In this document: positions 57,357 to 64,000 of the stretch, one piece after another
How the letters are laid out: the number at the start of each line of letters is the position of its first letter
How positions within the stretch are numbered: the stretch's first letter is position 1
Origin: a virus
Lineage: Duplodnaviria > Caudoviricetes
Strand: one strand, 5' to 3'
IMG/VR virus record: IMGVR_UViG_3300021426_000067
DNA: 64,000 bases
Position numbers and translations under genes: made by a program
The notes under the pieces: generated by a model
Databases searched by the model: none
What the model was told of the DNA's origin: nothing
What the model saw: only the letters and a program-made list of their open reading frames with translations

Positions 57357-57430
57357 TCACCCAGGCAGGATTCGAACCCGCGTTCCGCTGATTTAGAGTC
57401 AGCTGTCTTGGACCGCTCGACTACTGGGCG
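57357..57430 (-). tRNA. Amber-decoding tRNA (anticodon CTA), Glu-like body
   Basis: CGCCCAG TA GTCGAGCGGTCCAAGAC A GCTGA CT CTA AA TCAGC GGAAC GCGGG TTCGAAT CCTGC CTGGGTG A; anticodon at 57394-57396. Confidence 0.92.
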
Positions 57431-57647
57431 AAATAAGAAAAATAGCTTCATCTATTCCTCGCATCCTATACTTATTGCTGATTATATTGGAGCGCTACTC
57501 CAACTGCCAGGCAAGTCACTGTTATACTTAAATAACCGCGGTGACAACGGCTGAATCTCTAAGCTAATGTACACTCGACTTAGTTTTTTTTGCTATTTTT
57601 CAATTTCTATAAATATTATAACAAAAATTTTTAATTTTTGCAAATTA

Positions 57648-57869
57648 TTATTTAAATGACCGATTAAAAATAATTATAGATGGTTTATTACTACCAGTCT
57701 CTTGTTTATATGTTTTATAATAAATTCGATCATCTTTATAACCTTTTGACAATAAAAATTTTGCTATTTTTTGATGAGATTTATTATTAATAATTTGGTC
57801 TTTACACCAATCATTAATTTCTTTTCCAGAAATTGTTTGTCCAATTATAAGAGATAGTGGATTTAACAT
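57648..57869 (-). CDS. Hypothetical protein
   Basis: GAGGAGG RBS, intact ORF. Confidence 0.6.
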   Translation of the reverse strand: MLNPLSLIIGQTISGKEINDWCKDQIINNKSHQKIAKFLLSKGYKDDRIYYKTYKQETGSNKPSIIIFNRSFK

Positions 57870-57886
57870 TTTTAAACCTCCTCAAA

Positions 57887-57958
57887 TCATTCCTATGGGA
57901 TTCGAACCCATATTCTCAGGCTGAGAACCTGAAGTCCTTACCATTAGACGAAGGAACG
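57887..57958 (-). tRNA. tRNA-Glu(CTC)
   Basis: Cloverleaf, anticodon CTC, GTC/GAC D-stem. Confidence 0.88.
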
Positions 57959-57962
57959 AAAG

Positions 57963-58035
57963 TAGCCTCTGCGGGGAACGATCCCGCATCTCCACCTTGA
58001 AAGGGTGGTATCCTCACCAATTAGACGAAGAAGCC
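57963..58035 (-). tRNA. tRNA-Glu(TTC)
   Basis: Cloverleaf, anticodon TTC. Confidence 0.85.
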
Positions 58036-58601
58036 AAAAAGAAATGACTTTGAAACCATTGTACTGCACGGATTCGTAGCAGGACTTCATGCGCATCTAC
58101 CTATTGTTCTATGGAATTTCTCTCTCTGTCCCACCAGGTTCTTCTGGCTTTCCTCTCCTGATTTTACAGCTGATATTATCAGGTTGATATTGTCATTTCT
58201 TTATTATAAATATATTATAATAAAATTTTTTATAATTTTCAAATAAAAAGTAAGGGAAGTGGTTTTGCTTTTAATCTCTTCACGAACTCCACTAAAACTG
58301 GAGAGGCAGAGTTTTCTGTCTCTGTGCCCCGACAAGCGGTAAGGGGGCTACCCCTGCCTAACGTTGGACAAAACGACCTGTGAATCAAAGTTTTAACAGG
58401 TTTTACTTACTCATAAAGATTTAAATATGGTTTTCAAATCTTTTAAGTGCCCTCGACAGGATTCGAACCTGTAAATACGGTCTCCAAATGACATTAAGAA
58501 ACGTTGCTGACAGAATCTTTGTCAAGACTCCCTTATTTACGCGCCTTTTCCAGTTAGGCTACAAGGGCAAAAAAGATTGATTTTTACGTCTTATCTGACA
58601 A

Positions 58602-58676
58602 GCGACCCCAATGGGACTCGAACCCACGGTCTCCTGCGTGACAGGCAGGCGTCTTACTCTTCTCGACTATGAGGCC
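58602..58676 (-). tRNA. tRNA-Asp(GTC)
   Basis: Cloverleaf, anticodon GTC. Confidence 0.87.
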
Positions 58677-58978
58677 GTAAAAGCATATTTCCCTCGCAAG
58701 GACGCATATGCCAGACGCATCAGCTGATTGTGCGTTTCTACCGCAGTTAAGTCAAAGCCTAAACGACACCCAAACGTTTTCCGCTGTTTTCATCATTTCG
58801 GTTCCTCATTCCACCAGAGTGAGGGTACAGCTACCCAGCTCTCTAAGCCACTTCTCATTCTTTTTATCGTCCCGAGTTGCCCAAGACTTCTCTTCTCTTC
58901 GTTACTCTTCATGTTTCCATTACTCTTTACGAAGTGTGCAGGGTCTTTTTTGTTCTCACAATGGTTGACCATCCATCA

Positions 58979-59052
58979 TACTCCAGGTAGGATTCGAACC
59001 CACACTGCACAGATCCTAAGTCTGTTGTCTCCTGCCGTTGGACTACTGGAGC
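58979..59052 (-). tRNA. tRNA-Leu(TAG), short variable loop
   Basis: Cloverleaf, anticodon TAG. Confidence 0.82.
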
Positions 59053-59056
59053 AAAA

Positions 59057-59128
59057 TCATCATAGAGGGAGTCGAACCCCCAGCTTTTGGTTCGTAGCCA
59101 AATGTTTTATCCATTAAACTATACGATG
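59057..59128 (-). tRNA. tRNA-Arg(ACG)
   Basis: Cloverleaf, anticodon ACG. Confidence 0.72.
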
Positions 59129-59133
59129 TTAAA

Positions 59134-59293
59134 CAAGACAGTAAGTTCCTTTCTATCTGTTCCTGTAGGCGATCTATTAAATTAGAACCACGATAAATTT
59201 TGACCCTTTTAATGGCTTCGTTGTCCTCGTCAACGATTACGCAAATTAAATTAAGTTCCTATTTAAATTTTTTATTTGCTGTTTTACTGTCTT
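59134..59293 (-). ncRNA. ACAGCAA-stem element, copy 5
   Basis: AGACAGTAA-A-ACAGCAA...TTACTGTCTTG; directly downstream of a promoter. Confidence 0.55.
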
Positions 59294-59445
59294 TTCTTTA
59301 TCTTACATATATATTATATAATAAATTTTTTAAAAAAACAAATTCGGTCTTTTCCTCGGAAAATACCTATAAAAACTTCAAAAAGTTTTTGTTCAACTTT
59401 ATATATATATTATATAATAATTTTTTAAAAAAATCAAATTATTTT

Positions 59446-59652
59446 TTAACCTAACCATTTAATTACATTTGTATATGCTGTAGGAACAAACTGACCGTTC
59501 TCCAGTTCCAAAATCAAGTTTCCAGCATAATGACCTTGAACAGTACCAATCTTATCTGCAAAATAACCTGTAAGAATAGTAACTTTATCACCCATCGCAT
59601 AATCAAGCGGAGTAGGCTTTCTATTATCAGGTTTCTCTCTTTTAAAAATCAT
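59446..59652 (-). CDS. Small KOW-motif protein
   Basis: GDKVTILTGYFADKIGTV. Confidence 0.65.
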   Translation of the reverse strand: MIFKREKPDNRKPTPLDYAMGDKVTILTGYFADKIGTVQGHYAGNLILELENGQFVPTAYTNVIKWLG

Positions 59653-59724
59653 AAAATACACCTCTTTTCTTGTACTGTAAATCAAAACTTTGGGAAATCA
59701 TTTAATCAACTCCGCCCAAAAATT

Positions 59725-60615
59725 TTAGAAAAATTCTTTAAGTCTTTTGGAACGGATGGGATTACGAAGTTTCTTTAATGCGGCGGCTTCAATCTGTCGT
59801 ACTCTTTCACGAGTAATACGCATCTCTTTTCCAATCTCATCCAGTGTTTTTGCACGATCCTGCCCAATGCCAAATCTCTGAATAATAACTGTTCTTTCTC
59901 TATCACTCAAAGTTTTTAAAACCATCTGGATAGCATCACTCAATTCATTGGCTTCTGCAATAGCAAAAGCAGGAATAACAGTTTCATCTTGAATTAAAGA
60001 GCCAAGTGTGTTATCTTCATCATCACCAACAACTATATCAAGAGAAGTGGTATCACCCATCCAAGCGCGGGCATTTTTAATATGCTCTACAGTTTCATTA
60101 AGAATTTTGGCAATTTCTGCATCACTGGGAGTGCGATGATAATCCTGATCGAAGTCTCGTTCAACCTTTTTAATTTTCCCAATAAGTTCAATAATATGCA
60201 CAGGCACTCTAATATTACGAGACTGTTCTTTAATTGCGGAAGAGATAGCCTGTTTAATCCAATAGGTTGCATAAGTGGAGAATCTAAAACCTTTAGCTAC
60301 ATCAAACTTATCAACCGCCTTCATTAAACCCAGATTACCTTCCTGAATCAAATCAGCAAGAATTAATCCATGTCCCATATATTTCTTTGCAATAGAAACT
60401 ACAAGGCGGAGATTATGTTTAACAAGAATATTTTTGGCTTCCTGGTCGCCGCGCGCCGCATCCTTTGCAAATTCAGTTTCTTCTTCTTTTGTTAAGAGAC
60501 TATACTGACTAATCTCTTGAAGATACATTTTTAAAGAACTTGATGTTACAGCTTCAGGGTTAGATACGATTTTATCATTCTGATTAAATGCTTCCATCAT
60601 AATTGCTTCTGCCAT
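59725..60615 (-). CDS. RNA polymerase sigma70-family factor (RpoD/SigA-like, no region 1.1)
   Basis: [57 protein letters not shown]. Confidence 0.95.
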   Translation of the reverse strand: MAEAIMMEAFNQNDKIVSNPEAVTSSSLKMYLQEISQYSLLTKEEETEFAKDAARGDQEAKNILVKHNLRLVVSIAKKYMGHGLILADLIQEGNLGLMKAVDKFDVAKGFRFSTYATYWIKQAISSAIKEQSRNIRVPVHIIELIGKIKKVERDFDQDYHRTPSDAEIAKILNETVEHIKNARAWMGDTTSLDIVVGDDEDNTLGSLIQDETVIPAFAIAEANELSDAIQMVLKTLSDRERTVIIQRFGIGQDRAKTLDEIGKEMRITRERVRQIEAAALKKLRNPIRSKRLKEFF

Positions 60616-60656
60616 AATGCCCCCTATTATTTTTGTTTTTCTTTATCTTACTTAAT

Positions 60657-60686
60657 TATTATATCAAAATTTTTTAAAAAAATCAA
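60657..60686 (-). promoter_or_regulatory. Sigma70/SigA-type early promoter (representative of at least 15 similar copies)
   Basis: TTGA(T/A/C)-spacer-TG.TATAAT; similar copies near 1030, 3155, 7730, 8300, 9795, 51675, 52955, 53600, 55475, 56830, 57615, 58215, 59410, 61575, 62930, 63635 (minus) and 18949 (plus). Confidence 0.8.
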
Positions 60687-60703
60687 TAAAAAATTTTGAG
60701 AAT

Positions 60704-60775
60704 CGGGCGTGTGAGAATCGAACTCACCCTCTTTGGTTTATAAGACCACTGCATTAACCAACTATGCTAACGCCC
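60704..60775 (-). tRNA. tRNA-Ile(TAT)
   Basis: Cloverleaf, anticodon TAT. Confidence 0.75.
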
Positions 60776-60927
60776 AAAATATCTACCCTAACAGATTTCA
60801 ACAAAGGCTCTGGTTTGGTAGACCCTACTCCTGCCTCTTTTTCGGTATTTCAACAGATTATATCGAGCACCTCAAATCTGAAGCTCCCCTTCCAAGTGCC
60901 GTAGCACCTTACTCGACGTCCAAAATA

Positions 60928-61230
60928 TTAAGCACAACAATAATTTTTACTTTGCGCTTGTTTATTTATATATGAACAGAACGCTTTAGCATCTTTTTCT
61001 GTTTCAAAATAAAATGCTAAATAGTCTGTTGGAGAGTAATAAGATAAACCCTTGGCATGAAAAGTGTTTATCAAAAGATTAATATAATCTTCAATAGAAA
61101 GATTAAGAATACGCATTGGAGTATACCATTTTGCGGAACGTCCTTTTAAATTCTTCACATCATTCACATGCCATCTACCCATTGATTCCCACATAGTAAG
61201 TTTAAACAGGTGTACTCCGTCCTCATTCAT
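60928..61230 (-). CDS. Hypothetical protein
   Basis: AAGGAG RBS, intact ORF. Confidence 0.7.
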   Translation of the reverse strand: MNEDGVHLFKLTMWESMGRWHVNDVKNLKGRSAKWYTPMRILNLSIEDYINLLINTFHAKGLSYYSPTDYLAFYFETEKDAKAFCSYINKQAQSKNYCCA

Positions 61231-61241
61231 AGTTTTTCTCC

Positions 61242-61541
61242 TTATAGATTCAACTGTTTTAAAAGATTAGCTAATCTTTCTTTCTCTTCTGCGGTTGGTT
61301 CGTCTGGGATCTGTGGAGCGGGACCTGTTGTCTTCACTTCACCAGATGAAGTTACTTCTGATCCGCCTTCAACCGCAACTTTCGCACAAGTCAATGTTAC
61401 TTTAATCTGTAAACTTTGCCCATCTTCAGTTCCGTTAATGCGGATTTCTTTTCCATCATTAAAGAGAAAACTATTGCCAGGAAATGCGGCAAGAATCTTT
61501 TCCGCAACTTCTTTCTTTAAAACTGCGCCTTTAGCTGCCAT
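61242..61541 (-). CDS. Hypothetical protein
   Basis: Promoter and GAGG RBS, intact ORF. Confidence 0.7.
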   Translation of the reverse strand: MAAKGAVLKKEVAEKILAAFPGNSFLFNDGKEIRINGTEDGQSLQIKVTLTCAKVAVEGGSEVTSSGEVKTTGPAPQIPDEPTAEEKERLANLLKQLNL

Positions 61542-61597
61542 TTTTTTACCTCACTTTTCATTTGTTAAATATATTATAACAAAAATTTTTTAAAAAA

Positions 61598-62419
61598 TCA
61601 ATTATTCTTTTTAGGTCTATTTACAATAATTTTATTTTCTTTTAAAACAGCAGCCGTATCTATGAAGCGGTCACATATATTACAGCTTCCTGGTTTATAC
61701 ATACAGCGCTTTCCGCAACCCGCTCTAACCGCACCAAAAGTGTCCAAGACATATCGACTTTCAAGGTCACCTTTAAACGAGGGAATAATATCGCTTATCC
61801 GCCCTGACCATTTCTCTTGTTTATAAATTTTAAATAGAACATGTTGTCTTTCTTTATCTGTAACTAATTCAAAAGTATCAACATATTGAGCATAAAAGAA
61901 TATATCTTCAGGTCTAATAAAAAATGTCTTTAAACTGGGGGTTTCAGAAAAACTTGATTGACATATATTAGGGAATACCCGAACTCTAATCCCATTATCA
62001 TGTAAAATTTTACTGACTTTTGGAAGAAAAAATCCTAATTCTTCACATATATACATATCTGTTGGAAGAAACTCCATTAAACCTATTAATTTATCAATAG
62101 AAGTAACGTAATCAGTAAAGAAATAAGGAATTTCATACTTTTGCGCTCTTAATAAAAAATCTCTATTAAAATTAAAAGCTATCTTTATATATTTATATTT
62201 CTTATATAATCCTTTTAATAATTGTGCGTCTATATCTTCAAAATTTTCTGAAACGTCTATTATAATAGCTTTGTCTTTATAAGTCTCTAAAAAAGTCTCC
62301 AAGGTGCGGTCGGCAGGTTGATATTTAATCTTTAATTCGTCCACACCCTCTGGAGGCTTCTATGAAGGAAAATAAGGTAAACAATACCTATTTCCTTGTT
62401 TATACTGAATTTCGTTCAT
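61598..62419 (-). CDS. Hypothetical protein with C-terminal Cys cluster (1 TAG near the N-terminus)
   Basis: ATG 62419 is in frame with the GTG-started ORF via one TAG; FFIRPEDI and CGKRC..C..C. Confidence 0.65.
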
Positions 62420-62474
62420 ATTTCACCGCCAAACCAGCTGGGGGTCTTCATACCCCCAGCTTTGATACTATATT

Positions 62475-62876
62475 TCAGGCTTCTGCAGTCTCCGCTTCAG
62501 CTTCAACCGCGAGTCTGTAAGCCATCTTACGTCTCTTGTCAACTCTTACAGCTTCCTTAACAACGCGGTCAGCCTTAATCAGCTTACCCAGACGAGCTGC
62601 AACTTTGTTAGTAGTAACATCTTCGACATCCAGAGCGAGAACAATCTCGTCAATGGTCATGGGAGTATCAGTCAGCAGACCATAAATCTCCTCAGTCAGT
62701 GCATCAGACGCTTCTTTCTTCTTCTCTGCACGCTTAGCGGCTGCATCTCTACGCTTATCCAGCTGAGCCAGCTCCTTTTCGATGAACTCCATCAGAGCAT
62801 CACCATTTTCTACATTAGCGTTAACTACCATGTCATACAGTGCATTGAAACAATCTCTCTTAGTCATCTTTTCCAT
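62475..62876 (-). CDS. Coiled-coil plus winged-helix DNA-binding protein
   Basis: PMTIDEIV...VTTNKVAARLGKL; promoter and RBS upstream. Confidence 0.7.
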   Translation of the reverse strand: MEKMTKRDCFNALYDMVVNANVENGDALMEFIEKELAQLDKRRDAAAKRAEKKKEASDALTEEIYGLLTDTPMTIDEIVLALDVEDVTTNKVAARLGKLIKADRVVKEAVRVDKRRKMAYRLAVEAEAETAEA

Positions 62877-62964
62877 ATTGTACCTCTTTCATTATTTTTT
62901 GTTTGTTTTTTCTTTATCTTATGTATTTATTATATCAAAAATTTTTTAAAATTGCAAGTAATTT

Positions 62965-63174
62965 TTAAAGACTGTTTATAAGATAGGATTTTTCTTTTTG
63001 AGATAAGTTGTCAAAATCTAAACCATTCTTGTTAAGAATCTGCTTTAACTCAGTCAAAGAAATCTCTGGACGTGGATCCGCCTTAACATCTTTAATAGTT
63101 TTATTTAATCTACCGGCGCGGGTGGGGAGTAATCCCTCAGCTTCCGCATAAAACATCATTTCTGCAAAATCCAT
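62965..63174 (-). CDS. Hypothetical protein
   Basis: Intact ORF in the operon. Confidence 0.65.
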   Translation of the reverse strand: MDFAEMMFYAEAEGLLPTRAGRLNKTIKDVKADPRPEISLTELKQILNKNGLDFDNLSQKEKSYLINSL

Positions 63175-63175
63175 T

Positions 63176-63448
63176 TTACCACTCTAACCTTTCATTTAAT
63201 TCTTCAAATCCATCTAAATCAGGATAATTTTTCTTTAATTCTTTAAGAGTTTTAATAAAATTTGAACTGAACTCAATGACAGGACCTTCATCTATTGGAG
63301 CTAACTTTCGAACTTCTACTAAATGTTCTTCTCCAACAAATTCTTCTAATTTTTTCATAGCTTCTACAAAGTTTTCAGCAAAGATTAAACCTGCAATACA
63401 TTCACTTCCTTCATCAAAAAGTGATGTAACATATAAATATTGATTCAT
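63176..63448 (-). CDS. Hypothetical protein
   Basis: GAGG RBS before MNQYLY. Confidence 0.6.
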   Translation of the reverse strand: MNQYLYVTSLFDEGSECIAGLIFAENFVEAMKKLEEFVGEEHLVEVRKLAPIDEGPVIEFSSNFIKTLKELKKNYPDLDGFEELNERLEW

Positions 63449-63455
63449 AATTACC

Positions 63456-63599
63456 TCACTCATCCAGCGGTTCCACATCCACACGACCGCGATCTCCATA
63501 TACTTCATATACCCACATAGAAGCATCCATAATACTCTCCTTGCGGATAATGATAATTGTTTCATTAGTTTCTACATCAAATACTCTAAACCTTTTCAC
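63456..63599 (-). CDS. Small hypothetical protein
   Basis: GTG start after promoter and AAGGA; 47 aa. Confidence 0.45.
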   Translation of the reverse strand: MKRFRVFDVETNETIIIIRKESIMDASMWVYEVYGDRGRVDVEPLDE

Positions 63600-63651
63600 T
63601 TTTGATTTTTTCCTTTCTTTATCTTACATATATATTATATCAAAAATTTTT

Positions 63652-63813
63652 TTAAAAATCAAAGAGCATTTCTGCTTTATAGGCTTCGTAATCATCAATA
63701 GAATAAAAATGAGGACATTCTTTACAATCAAATTCATCTTCATAAGGGCAAAATGTTTCTGCGGGTTCTTCTCGTGATCCTCCCCACTCAAGAAGATATG
63801 CACATTTTTCCAT
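63652..63813 (-). CDS. Small Cys-containing hypothetical protein
   Basis: AAGGAG RBS; MEKCAY...CPY...CKECPH. Confidence 0.5.
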   Translation of the reverse strand: MEKCAYLLEWGGSREEPAETFCPYEDEFDCKECPHFYSIDDYEAYKAEMLFDF

Positions 63814-63977
63814 AATCTCTCCTTAATATTCGCGCATTTCGCGTCTGATCTCACGTTCACGTTCAGCTTTCAGCTTTTCCTTCTTCGTATTTCTACGAGC
63901 AGGCAAGCCTCCCTTTCGAGGTTTATATTTCTTACAAGTCTGACAGGCATCTCGAAAGGTTCCCTTCTTTCCTTTTG

Positions 63978-64000
63978 AGATCGGAAGAGCGTCGTGTAGG
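63978..64000 (+). other. Illumina TruSeq adapter (assembly artefact at the window end)
   Basis: AGATCGGAAGAGCGTCGTGTAGG. Confidence 0.97.

Noticed and set aside
51878-59454. Many short ORF-track calls overlapping tRNAs and ncRNAs
   Set aside because: They overlap clear cloverleaves or structured RNAs and lack an RBS
63978-64000. Biological terminal sequence
   Set aside because: It matches the Illumina adapter

Overview
This window is 64 kb of an AT-rich, large tailed-phage (Caudoviricetes) genome. The holin, endolysin, CW_7 repeats and sigma-A-type promoters suggest a Bacillota/Clostridia host. Layout: (1) 1-9.7 kb, minus strand, DNA metabolism (NAD-dependent ligase, GyrA/GyrB-type topoisomerase, RNase H, kinase) plus a holin; (2) 9.9-39.1 kb, plus strand, virion and lysis genes (2823-aa tape measure, tail proteins, RuvC-like resolvase, fibres, MBL/CW_7 hydrolases, endolysin); (3) 39.2-49.8 kb, minus strand, structural operon; (4) 50.1-64 kb, minus strand, early region with a DUF2828/vWA (Ro60/TROVE-like) gene, about 28 tRNAs covering all 20 amino acids, several structured ncRNA candidates and a sigma70 factor. 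The supplied ORF track is fragmented because TAG is a sense codon here: fragments join in frame across TAG, and every gene end I checked is TAA or TGA. The main finding is that TAG appears to encode Glu, not the Gln of phage code 15. An internal paralog pair and conserved family motifs put Glu at TAG sites, and a CUA-anticodon tRNA with tRNA-Glu-like features lies at 57357-57430. A second candidate system is five stem-closed ACAGCAA RNA elements, three carrying tRNA-like modules (one circularly permuted), upstream of the Ro60-like gene. The last 23 nt are Illumina adapter. All family assignments come from motif recognition; no database searches were run.
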